This document shows positions 21,648 through 30,529 of a stretch of DNA of 64,000 nucleotides, piece after piece. The stretch is from positions 18,339 to 82,338 of the forward strand of contig JAPDJI010000004.1 in assembly GCA_029259155.1 (NCBI GenBank), in the 5' to 3' direction. Positions within the stretch are counted from its first letter, which is position 1, and each line of letters opens with the position of its first letter. Under the pieces are notes generated by a model. The model was given only the letters and a program-made list of their open reading frames with translations, was not told where the DNA came from and did no database searches. The DNA is from Candidatus Methanomethylicia archaeon (GTDB lineage Archaea > Thermoproteota > Methanomethylicia > Nezhaarchaeales > B40-G2). The translations under genes and the position numbers were made by a program.

Positions 21648-21986
21648 TTATAACATTATCAACATGAACGAGATTACCAGACCATAGATAGCGATAGCCT
21701 CGATGAACACGATGTAGATCAGCGTTCTACCGAAGACCTCAGGTTTCTCCGCCATAGCTCCAATAGCAGCAGCAGAAGCTGTACCCATACCTACACCTGC
21801 TCCTAAACCTGCGAAGCCTATAGCCATTCCTGCTCCTAGCAGTTTACCCATCTCTCCAAAACCGGCATTGCCTTCCGCAGCTGCCTCAGCCGCGGACGCG
21901 AAGCTGATAGTGGCTGTGGCCAATACCGCTAATGCTATTAGCGCGAAAAGCGCCGCCTTCACCGCCTTCATGGTAAACCCCTCCAC
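21648..21986 (-). CDS. atpK: A-type ATP synthase subunit K (proteolipid c)
   Basis: Has a Gly/Ala-rich TM hairpin with an [15 protein letters not shown] glutamate-containing helix. The start is possibly the internal Met (MKAVKAAL). Confidence 0.8.
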   Translation of the reverse strand: MEGFTMKAVKAALFALIALAVLATATISFASAAEAAAEGNAGFGEMGKLLGAGMAIGFAGLGAGVGMGTASAAAIGAMAEKPEVFGRTLIYIVFIEAIAIYGLVISFMLIML

Positions 21987-22022
21987 ACTTTTCCATCCCT
22001 CTGTTTTTAACCTTTGTGGCAG

Positions 22023-23036
22023 CTAATGCAGTATCAACCGTGACATTATATCTTCAGCTGGTAACCCTTCACTTTTACCTATCAGGAGCGCTTTGAGGTT
22101 GCGTACTTCGAAGAACTTAAGGTTGAGGAGGGCCTGGAGGATACCTACGTGAAACCCGTAGTGAAGGAAGATCGCGGCGTTTACCTTAGCTAGCCTCCTC
22201 AATAAGTGAGCTTCAACCTCAGTCAGACTAGTTGCTTTAGGCACCTCTCCCCAAAGGTCTTTTACGACCGTCAAAGCCTCGCTCAGTGTAGGGGCTGACA
22301 TTGCCTTGCTAGCCATTTCAACTGTAAACCTAAACTTATAGGGTAGTAGATAGTTCTTGTAATCCTTAACGCCCATGGACTTAAGCCTCAGGCAAACCAT
22401 GAAATTCTTTAAGTCCACCTCTTCTCCTAATAACCTCCTCACCCAGTCTCTATCTAGGCCTTTAAGCTCCTCCACCGCCTTGCCTAATAGGCCGTAAGCG
22501 TAGCGGTCTACGGCGAGTTCAAGTGGGTAAGGGCTCTTTAGCTCCTCTGCTTCCTTTAAAGCTACGTGTAATCTTCCTTTTAGTTCCTCGTCCTGAACCA
22601 TAAAGATAGCTGTTGAGGTATCCCGCGCCCCTATTAGCTTCTCACAAACTTCAGGGCCGTATCGGCCTACTGGGACTATTAGCCTCAGAGCCTCGGTTTT
22701 AGGTACATTAGAAAACTTAGCTCGTAGTATAGCCTTCAATACCTCAAGCTCATGCTTATACTTGGACAACTCTATGTAAGCCTTGGCTTTACCGCTTACG
22801 AGCCTGGTCAGCTCCTCGAAGAGATCGTTATAGCTCTGCGCGAGCCCCCTATCAACATCCATGACCTCTTCTGCTGAGGCTATATATGGTCCATAGCTTG
22901 TAGAGGCTAAGTACCTCAATGCTTGCTGGTAGCTTATAGCTCTGGCCATGTTTTCGAAGTCTTCAGCCTTAAGCATATAGGAGCGCTTAGCATATACTCT
23001 AGCGAGCGCATAAGCGTACGCATCAGGCCGCCTCAT
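22023..23036 (-). CDS. atpC: A-type ATP synthase subunit C (V0 d-like)
   Basis: The N-terminal YAYALARVYAKRSYML block matches the conserved subunit C/d N-terminus. The length and the position between atpI and atpK also fit. The start is taken at the internal Met (MRRPDAYAY). Confidence 0.65.
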   Translation of the reverse strand: MRRPDAYAYALARVYAKRSYMLKAEDFENMARAISYQQALRYLASTSYGPYIASAEEVMDVDRGLAQSYNDLFEELTRLVSGKAKAYIELSKYKHELEVLKAILRAKFSNVPKTEALRLIVPVGRYGPEVCEKLIGARDTSTAIFMVQDEELKGRLHVALKEAEELKSPYPLELAVDRYAYGLLGKAVEELKGLDRDWVRRLLGEEVDLKNFMVCLRLKSMGVKDYKNYLLPYKFRFTVEMASKAMSAPTLSEALTVVKDLWGEVPKATSLTEVEAHLLRRLAKVNAAIFLHYGFHVGILQALLNLKFFEVRNLKALLIGKSEGLPAEDIMSRLILH

Positions 23037-23079
23037 CCTGCCTCGAACCCTATAAATCCGCAACAGTATATGAGTATTA

Positions 23080-23331
23080 ATGCTGATCTCCTTGGACAGA
23101 GCCATGTACTTCAGAATGGCCTTAAGAGGATTGTTACTAGGCTTAATATTGCCCTTACTGGTGGTCTTAGGTATGGTTTTAGGCTACTCTTTTGGGCAAA
23201 GATTAAGCATCCTACATCAAATCCTCCTATCTCTCATAGGAGGCTTAGTGGGGTTAGCGGTAGGCACCATCATCGTAGTGAAGATGATTGAAAGGATGTA
23301 CTCGGGCTCCAATAAAAGAAGGCGTGGTTAA
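23080..23331 (+). CDS. possible small 2-TM membrane protein, antisense in the atpI-atpC gap
   Basis: 83-aa ORF that exactly fills the 291-bp gap between atpI and atpC. Strongly hydrophobic. Could be spurious. Confidence 0.25.
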   Translation: MLISLDRAMYFRMALRGLLLGLILPLLVVLGMVLGYSFGQRLSILHQILLSLIGGLVGLAVGTIIVVKMIERMYSGSNKRRRG

Positions 23332-25064
23332 GTTAATGATAGGTACCTGATGGGGAAGGTAAAGGGTTCATATTTCTTGCCCGTCCCTTGATAGAACTTG
23401 AGGAACCATTCTACCCAGTGAAGCCTCAGGGATTGCATGAAGGTCGCTAGTAGCTCAAGGGTCATGATGAGGGTGGTGGCGAGGACAAAGATTATCACTG
23501 CCATTCCAGCAGTGCCGTAGCTGCCGACAGCCATCCAGTGTCCAAGATCTTCGATGCCTGCCGCTAACCCGAGCTCGGCTACAGCGTGGTGCACTAGGAA
23601 GAACGCGAAGATCCTAGCGTAGGACACGGTGTTAGAGATGGAGGCTGCTAGGGCTTCTAGGCTTGAGCCGAAGCCTTCGATAGGCTCTTCGAATAACATC
23701 CTCGCTAGTATCATTACTACGAAGGGTAGCAAGAACAGCATTAGCGGGGGTATGGGGAGTGGTATGTGAAGCTCGTTTACGTTAAACGTGAAGAGGTCCT
23801 TTAGGAATGTGTTAATCCTAGTGGTTGGGGTGACGTCATATAGTATGAAGAGGGCGGCTAGCGTACCATACAGCCACAGCCACATTAATGGTCCGAGTAC
23901 TGCGTGTTTTACTTCCCCGCTGGAAGCCTTGTTAATGGCGTCAAGCAATAGACCAAGTATTATCTGGAAGAATGCTATGTATATGCTCATCTTTAATATG
24001 AAGAGTGGGTGGTGGAGTGTGCCTAAAGGTATGGGGCAATGTATCTCGTGTGTTAAGTATTCATAGCCTGCTGGAACCGCAATGACGCCACCATGGTAAA
24101 TTGCCTCATACCACTCATGACTACCGAAGACCACTCCATAGAATAGGTAGCCTATCACGATGGATGAGATAGCGCACATAATTAGAAGCTCGGAGCCTTT
24201 AACTATAGGGTCTAGCAGGTCTGGCACCTTGATCCCTGAGCGCTTAAGCCAGTAGAAGTAGAGTCCTCCTATGAGGAGTAATAGACCGTGTCCTACGTCG
24301 CCGAACATGAAACCGAACCATATCGGGAAGGTTATGGCCATGATTATCGTTGGGTCTATCTCTTTATAGGAGGGATAGCCGAAGGCTGTTACGAAGGGTT
24401 GATAGTTTCGTGTAATGAAGCTTCTATGCTCAATGAGGGTCGGCGGCATCGCGGCTTGCTCTTCATGTGCATGGTGAGCCTTAACCTCAGGCTTAACCTC
24501 TTCGAAGAAGTAGAAGCCTTCAGACGCTTGTTCCACCGTCTTCCGGGTTTCTGCTGCTTTAGCTTCAGGGACCCAGCCTTGAATTATGAATAGCTTACCT
24601 GCCTTACCGCTGGAAGCCTTGACATCGTGAACCCTACGCTCCACCTCAACCATATCTTTAAGTGCATACAATTCCACGCCCTTTTCTTCAGCAAACTTCT
24701 TGAGCTCCTCAGGATCGTCTTTTACCTTTTCATACTCAGCCTTAAGTTCCTCTAGCCTTTTCTGAATTTCGTCCAGTACCTTGAGCGAAGGTCCGAGCTT
24801 AACTGGCACCTCCTTAACCTTAGCCTCTCCCTTAGTGGCGGCTGCCGAAATCAAACTTTCAATTCTCGAAGAGAGCGACACCACCTTCGATACGAACTCC
24901 TCGGAAACACCTACAGGTGTAGCTAAGCCTTCAAACTCCTCCATGGCTGAGCTAAAATCAATGAACTGAATTACGCCTAGCTTACCTAGAGCCCTTATCA
25001 CATCATCGACGTAGTCTTCGAGCACAGCGAAACGTAGCTTAACCATCTTGGTAGGCCTTAACAA
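23328..25064 (-). CDS. atpI: A-type ATP synthase subunit I (a)
   Basis: 578 aa. Has an N-terminal cytosolic coiled-coil domain (M.KL.FAVLEDYVDDVIRALGKLGVIQF) and a C-terminal multi-TM domain with a conserved Arg. Confidence 0.8.
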   Translation of the reverse strand: MLRPTKMVKLRFAVLEDYVDDVIRALGKLGVIQFIDFSSAMEEFEGLATPVGVSEEFVSKVVSLSSRIESLISAAATKGEAKVKEVPVKLGPSLKVLDEIQKRLEELKAEYEKVKDDPEELKKFAEEKGVELYALKDMVEVERRVHDVKASSGKAGKLFIIQGWVPEAKAAETRKTVEQASEGFYFFEEVKPEVKAHHAHEEQAAMPPTLIEHRSFITRNYQPFVTAFGYPSYKEIDPTIIMAITFPIWFGFMFGDVGHGLLLLIGGLYFYWLKRSGIKVPDLLDPIVKGSELLIMCAISSIVIGYLFYGVVFGSHEWYEAIYHGGVIAVPAGYEYLTHEIHCPIPLGTLHHPLFILKMSIYIAFFQIILGLLLDAINKASSGEVKHAVLGPLMWLWLYGTLAALFILYDVTPTTRINTFLKDLFTFNVNELHIPLPIPPLMLFLLPFVVMILARMLFEEPIEGFGSSLEALAASISNTVSYARIFAFFLVHHAVAELGLAAGIEDLGHWMAVGSYGTAGMAVIIFVLATTLIMTLELLATFMQSLRLHWVEWFLKFYQGTGKKYEPFTFPIRYLSLT

Positions 25065-25277
25065 CCTACTCCCCCGCCTTATTTGCTGCTTTAAGGCGCG
25101 GACATAGACGCATAAAATAAGCTATTTAGCTTTTTCTCGCCCTAGGGACCTTAAACCATAGCGACGTTTAGTAGATGTGAAGCCTTACCCATTAACAGAG
25201 CTAAGTATTCATTAAGCTGGGCAAAAATCCTTAATCCAAAAAATTTAAAGCCTCTCTCCAGAGTCTTCCATCATGAA

Positions 25278-25427
25278 CCCCGGGTAGCTCAGAGGTAGAG
25301 CGCTCGGCTGTAGGTGTTGGCCGGCGGGTGAGGGCGTAAATGCGCGCGGTGACCCCTGCTCAGCCGAGCGGTAACCGAGAGCTGTGAAGGCCGGGAATGG
25401 TCGAGGGTTCAACTCCCTCCCCGGGGA
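25278..25427 (+). tRNA. tRNA-Tyr (anticodon GUA) with two introns: 60 nt at 37/38 and about 18 nt in the variable region
   Basis: Exons: CCCCGGG TA GCTC AGAGGTA GAGC G CTCGG CU-GUA-G ^[60 nt] A CCGAG A ^[GCTGTGAAGGCCGGGAAT] GGTC GAGGG TTCAACT CCCTC CCCGGGG A. The spliced product is a standard 72-nt cloverleaf. Confidence 0.7.
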
Positions 25428-25597
25428 TTTTCATGATCTTTAACTCCACCAACCCTGCTTCACTTATGTTATAGGGTAGGTTCATCCTTAGCGTAATCCC
25501 AAGCTACATAGGTGTTTGGAAAACTGCTCCGACATAGCGTTATAGAACTTCTTTACGATAACCTTCAAAGCCACGTGTAAAAAGATGGTGGACTTAG

Positions 25598-26044
25598 TTA
25601 CATTTCTTCGCTTGGTTCTCCCCTAGTTAATTCTTCTCGGCTTATAGAGGCCTTATCAAATACGTCCTCAGCTACATAAATTGGGACTCTAGCCCTCAAA
25701 GCTAAAGCGATGGCGTCGCTAGCTCGACTTTCCAACTCCCTCTCTGCTCCATTTGACTCAATAGTTATGTTGGCCTGAAACCTATCGTCAACTAAAGCAT
25801 ATATTGTGGCTTTCTTGAGGGTAACAGCGGCTTCCTTCATAACCTTCATCAATAGGTCGTGGGTGTTTTCCACTTCACCTACCTCTCCTTCCATTGCTGC
25901 CCTTATCGATGAAGCTTGATAGGGGTCTACTAGGATAGGCATTATTCTTCCATCGCTTTCCTCCAATAGCACAGCTGAGGTTAAGCCATAAGGCGTTTTA
26001 GCTACCACCACATCGAAAACTTTTACTTCAATAAGATTTGTCAT
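25598..26044 (-). CDS. bifunctional nuclease family protein (DUF151/BFN)
   Basis: 148 aa. Motifs ESDGRIMPI and RASDAIALALRA match DUF151/BFN. Confidence 0.6.
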   Translation of the reverse strand: MTNLIEVKVFDVVVAKTPYGLTSAVLLEESDGRIMPILVDPYQASSIRAAMEGEVGEVENTHDLLMKVMKEAAVTLKKATIYALVDDRFQANITIESNGAERELESRASDAIALALRARVPIYVAEDVFDKASISREELTRGEPSEEM

Positions 26045-26087
26045 TCAAACGCTCTCCTAAGACTACAGGTTGGAGCTACACGTGGTT

Positions 26088-26870
26088 TTAACTGTAAAAA
26101 AGCTTTCGCTCAATATCTGCTGTCGGCTTCTTTAAGCTGCACGGTAGGCCACAGGCACATTTACCACATACATCGGCTAATCCTAAGTCAATATACAGTT
26201 TGGCGTTGCTCAAACAAACTTCATAGCACTTTTGTTTATTCAGCTTCGTAGCTGTCAATGCTCCAAACTGGCAATGAGCCACGCACTTGAGACATTCAAA
26301 GCCAAGCTTATGTAGGCAAGCTTCCTCCAAGGGCTCAGTGCGGTGGTTAAGCAGAGCTTCTGTAACGATACTTACGAGTCTTCCGCAACAGCCCTCCTCG
26401 GTTATAAGCATATGGTGTACACCTAAACTACCAAGCCCTGCAACATAAGCAGCATGTTTATGCGACCAATTGCTTATCAGGGCTTCCTCATCGAACTCGC
26501 CAGTTGGAGCTATTGGCTTTGACTTAAAACCTTTCATTTCTAAGGTCTCTGCCAACCAATCGGCTAAGTTTGTTAGCAGCTGATTTGCCTCAAGGTATGC
26601 TAGTGCCCATTCTCTGGAAGCAGGACCAGGGTTAAGGTTGCTTTCTACTATCCATTCCGCGAAGGGTAGGAAGATCACCACTACGCTCCTCGCACTGTTC
26701 ACAATCTCTTCAGGTAAAAGAAAGCCATGCTTTCTCTTCAGCACCCTAAACAGAGGGTCTTGGGCTTCTGCGACGCCTACTAAAGGCTTCCTCCACCACG
26801 AGGTTAAGCTGCCACCTCTATACTCTGAAATGAACTGTTCAACTAATGCTTGAAGGCTATTAGCTTTCAA
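26088..26870 (-). CDS. Cys-rich putative Fe-S protein (QueG/DUF1730-like N-domain?)
   Basis: 260 aa. Has C-terminal CLKCVAHC and CGKCACGLPC clusters. Confidence 0.35.
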   Translation of the reverse strand: MKANSLQALVEQFISEYRGGSLTSWWRKPLVGVAEAQDPLFRVLKRKHGFLLPEEIVNSARSVVVIFLPFAEWIVESNLNPGPASREWALAYLEANQLLTNLADWLAETLEMKGFKSKPIAPTGEFDEEALISNWSHKHAAYVAGLGSLGVHHMLITEEGCCGRLVSIVTEALLNHRTEPLEEACLHKLGFECLKCVAHCQFGALTATKLNKQKCYEVCLSNAKLYIDLGLADVCGKCACGLPCSLKKPTADIERKLFYS

Positions 26871-27235
26871 CTTTGACCCTTAAACCTGGCCTTCAGCCAC
26901 TTGGCAATCCGCTTAAGCGAAGGGTTATGGCTCACATCTATCACAGGCACTTCGGCAGCATCTATCTTCAACACTTCTTGGTAGGTGGGCATGAGAGTGA
27001 ACATGATCGTTGACCAATAAACTCGCCCATCAAAGTACTCCTTAACTAAGCTTTCTGTCGTGAGGGGTAGCGGAAAGTAGCAGAACAATACGCCCTCAGT
27101 CCAGTTGGGTACGATGAGCTGGCCAGCTTTAAGGTAAGCTCCCAGAAACCTGGCTAAGCTATCAGGTGACGGGTATTCTACTATTTCCTTAACCACTATT
27201 TCCTTGAAAGGCTCGTATTTTATCTTGATGACCAA
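26867..27235 (-). CDS. hypothetical protein, operonic with the preceding gene
   Basis: 122 aa. The stop and start overlap the neighbour by 4 nt. Confidence 0.4.
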   Translation of the reverse strand: MVIKIKYEPFKEIVVKEIVEYPSPDSLARFLGAYLKAGQLIVPNWTEGVLFCYFPLPLTTESLVKEYFDGRVYWSTIMFTLMPTYQEVLKIDAAEVPVIDVSHNPSLKRIAKWLKARFKGQS

Positions 27236-27349
27236 CTCCGTCCACCTTAACCAAAACTTGAGGTAAGCCCCTTTAACCTAATAAGCCTACATTAGCCAAG
27301 TCCAGGTTCCAAGAAAAATTTAAGAACAGCCCAGCCTCTCCACCATAAG

Positions 27350-27424
27350 GCCCCGGTAGTATAGTCCGGTCTAGTATATCGGCCTGTCGAGCCGGTGACC
27401 CGGGTTCAAATCCCGGCCGGGGCG
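27350..27424 (+). tRNA. tRNA-Asp (anticodon GUC)
   Basis: GCCCCGG TA GTAT AGTCCGGTCTA GTAT A TCGGC CU-GUC-GA GCCGG TGAC CCGGG TTCAAAT CCCGG CCGGGGC G. No intron. Confidence 0.75.
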
Positions 27425-27592
27425 TTCAGTTTCCATTAATTCCTCATCGATTGAAAGAGGTGCTTCCTCCTTAGACCTTGCTATGGGCTCTCACAAGGAG
27501 CTATGATCTTTCAAACATTCTGATAGAACTACCTCCAAAGCCGATAACTACTCTACTTGAATCCTCGGTGATGTTAACATTCGTCGCTCCAA

Positions 27593-28074
27593 TCAGCTTT
27601 CATCGTTAAGTGGGTTTGAAGGCGTATCGTAACTCCAAAGGATCGTTCTATATTTGTTTAGGATTGATGCTTTGTTGCTTTCCGTCGTGGCTATGACTTT
27701 AAAGTCCATCGAGGTGTCGATGGGTGAAACTATACTGGTTGCGCGATTTTCTCCAAATGATCCTTCCATCCTTTGATATGTAATATATCCATCCCCAACC
27801 GTCCCGGCTACTAAGCTTCCATCGGGCAATACCTTGCCATTACTGATTGCGTGATTCATATTTGAAGCTTCCACTTTAAAGTTCCATTGTAGTGAAAGCC
27901 TAATAACGTGTGGCTCTTTCCTTCCGCATAGATCGATCCGTTCCTTGCTTTCAAGAGCATTGGGAGCCCCTCAGTATATTCATGGCATGCTGCATTTACA
28001 TTCTTGTCAAAGGCTACTAGATGGCCATTCCTGAAGCTGCCGTTCAATAGAGAATAGTTTTCAGCGAAGGTCAT
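27593..28074 (-). pseudogene. disrupted secreted or beta-rich protein gene (two adjacent frame-shifted ORFs)
   Basis: ORFs 27856..28074 and 27593..27874 are contiguous in different frames. Both are N/S/T-rich and lie in an AT-rich tract 3' of the tRNA-Asp. Confidence 0.4.
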
Positions 28075-28610
28075 ACTTCTCAGTCTCTACAGACTTGAGC
28101 GCCTCAAACCTTTCTATTAATGTTTACATCCATGAGCGCTATGTCTGAGTCCTCTAAGGGACCGTAGCGAGTTTCCTTTAGATTCTACTAAGCTTCACTA
28201 CTCTAATTAATGTTGCTCAGTTATCTTAAATAGTAATTACTCCCTGCTAAATAGGTAGACGTTTCCATCATGGCTCCCCGCTGCGAATAAGTAGTTTGAA
28301 GATTTTGAAGAAATTCATCTATAATCTCTCCCTTAATTAAGTTTAGGCCTATGGAGCCGGAGATAGTCTTTATTGCGTCTAGGAGTGGCGGTATGGAGGC
28401 TCCAACAACTGGCCCTAGTGCTTTTAGATATAGGTAGAGAAAAGAATGAAAGAGTATTTGAGCATGTAAATCCTTATTTGCATCTCCCTTAAACAACTCT
28501 TTACTCCGATGTCGTGCTACGGCTTTAAAACCTTTTCACACCGCGGCATCAGGCGTATGGGTATCACTTAGCTAACCAAGCTATGTTAGGCATAGGCTAA
28601 AGAAAGTCTA

Positions 28611-30398
28611 TTAAGCCTCTTGATGACCATCAGTGTAAGTTTCACTATGAGGTCTTAGGGCTTCTTTCATGGCCTTCCAGAGCCCTCTATGGAAGATGTA
28701 TGTTGCGTCGAAGACTAGAATGAGGACGGTAGCAGTTATGAGGAGAGTAGTTAAGATTGAAATGTAGGGGAGGTCTGATACTCCGCTTATACCTGGTGCG
28801 AGAATTATTGATACCCCAAGTAACACTACTGCAAATGATAGATTACGGGTAACTCTTCTCACTCTTCCGCTTTCAGCCCTAAGCCTTGGAAATCTAGTCA
28901 AAGTTTGCGTCATCAACATTCCGGCTACCTTGTCTGTATCCATTAACAGGTCCGCCAGGGGATAGGCTATGATGGCTAAGGCTATAAGTAGAGTGAAGGT
29001 CTCTTTGCCGAGTAGGTGTAGTTGTGGAATGTTTTCATAGAGGAGGAGAACGTATGGTCTAAGCATGGATAGCAGGCTGAGGGCGATGAACATGAGGAAC
29101 ACGTTGAAGAGCATTCCTTTAACCCTGTTCTTAAACTTAGTTAAGTGGACGTGGCTTTGAAGGATGTTCTTAAATGATCCTCCAAGCCCTCTTCTTAAGA
29201 AGGTGGACATGGCCTTTAGGGGAGCAGGTTGTCTCTCCAACATTTTGGCGAAGGTGCTGGGCATACGGTTAATGAGTGGAGGGGAGATTATGGTGGTTGC
29301 CACGCACATGAGCGCTAGTGAAGGGAATACCGTTTCTGGAAGAACCCCTAGCTCTACTCCTTGCTTCGCTATGATGAAGCTGAACTCGCCTATTGGGATT
29401 AACATAGCTGCTACGCCCAGCGAGCTCTCCTCGCTTAGGCCTCCCATCAATCCTCCCATGGAGCATCCGATCACTCGGCTTGCTAATATTATCAGTATTA
29501 GGGGCACGGCTAGTAGTGCTGCTTGGACGGCTTCTTGAAGGTCGATGTAGATGAGCGTACCTATGCTCACGAAGAAGATGGTCATGAAGAAGTCCTTTAA
29601 GGGCGAGACTACGTCCCTAACAAGCTTAGCGTTTGGAGAGTAGGCTATGGTTAAGCCTGCTGTGAAAGCTCCTACCGCCTTCGAGACACCTAACTCACCG
29701 GCCAAGAAGGCTACGAGGAATGCTAAACTGAGCGCTGTCAGTAGTGGGGCTTCGGTCATTTTCATTTTAGCCACTTTATCGAGGACAAAGGGAATGGCTT
29801 TTACTCCTAGCGCTATGGAGAGCACGATGAAAGTTATGGTTTTCGTCAGCGTGACGGCAACTACATCTAATGAGGCTCCACCGCTGGTCGTGGCGTTAAG
29901 TAGGATTATGAGAAGCATTACAGCCATAGCGTCTTGAAGTACAAGAACCCCAACGCTAGTTTCATACTCTGAGCTACCACCTAACCCCATATCTTTAAGC
30001 ATCTTAACTATGATAGCTGTGCTACTGAACATCAAAGCTCCTCCTAGATACATAGAGGACAATGTTGTCCATCCCATAGCTGCGCCGGCTAAGTACCCTA
30101 GGAGAAAAGCTATGGAAGTTTGAAGAAGCCCTATGGTGATTATTGCCGGCCCGAGCCTAGATAGCTTCTCGACCTCGAATTCCACACCTACAATGAATAG
30201 AAGAAGGATTATTCCGATCTCTGCAAATAGGTCGAGTAGTGGGCCCTTCGTTATGAGATTTAGGCCTGAAGGCCCTATCAATGCCCCGACAGCTATGAAG
30301 CCCACGATGGGTGAAAGCTTAGCCTTGAGTGCTAGGGCTCCAGCTACCGCGGCGGTAGCAAATATCAGGCCCACGCCTAGGAAGAAGTCGGCTTCCAA
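28611..30398 (-). CDS. monovalent cation:proton antiporter (CPA2/Kef/NapA-type)
   Basis: 595 aa with about 12 TM helices. Has an N-terminal GxxAGxxLGPSGLNL-type motif. Confidence 0.7.
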   Translation of the reverse strand: MEADFFLGVGLIFATAAVAGALALKAKLSPIVGFIAVGALIGPSGLNLITKGPLLDLFAEIGIILLLFIVGVEFEVEKLSRLGPAIITIGLLQTSIAFLLGYLAGAAMGWTTLSSMYLGGALMFSSTAIIVKMLKDMGLGGSSEYETSVGVLVLQDAMAVMLLIILLNATTSGGASLDVVAVTLTKTITFIVLSIALGVKAIPFVLDKVAKMKMTEAPLLTALSLAFLVAFLAGELGVSKAVGAFTAGLTIAYSPNAKLVRDVVSPLKDFFMTIFFVSIGTLIYIDLQEAVQAALLAVPLILIILASRVIGCSMGGLMGGLSEESSLGVAAMLIPIGEFSFIIAKQGVELGVLPETVFPSLALMCVATTIISPPLINRMPSTFAKMLERQPAPLKAMSTFLRRGLGGSFKNILQSHVHLTKFKNRVKGMLFNVFLMFIALSLLSMLRPYVLLLYENIPQLHLLGKETFTLLIALAIIAYPLADLLMDTDKVAGMLMTQTLTRFPRLRAESGRVRRVTRNLSFAVVLLGVSIILAPGISGVSDLPYISILTTLLITATVLILVFDATYIFHRGLWKAMKEALRPHSETYTDGHQEA

Positions 30399-30529
30399 GG
30401 TTTTCCTTTATGCTAAAGGAAGAGGACGTATATTAAGGTTAAAGATGAAGGCCACTCACTTAGATTAGAAAGTGAGCTTTTTTTCGTAATGCTGATGCTA
30501 AGTTATCTTTTAAGGACGAAGCTTTTAAG

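Noticed and set aside
25314-25373. Possible box C/D sRNA inside the 60-nt tRNA-Tyr intron
   Set aside because: I looked for RUGAUGA and CUGA boxes with terminal pairing and found none. There is GTGAGG but no CTGA.
30440-30480. Hairpin (CACTCACTT...AAGTGAG) followed by T7 on the plus strand
   Set aside because: Both flanking genes are on the minus strand. In their orientation the run is poly-A preceding the hairpin, so it is not a terminator for either gene. It may be incidental.
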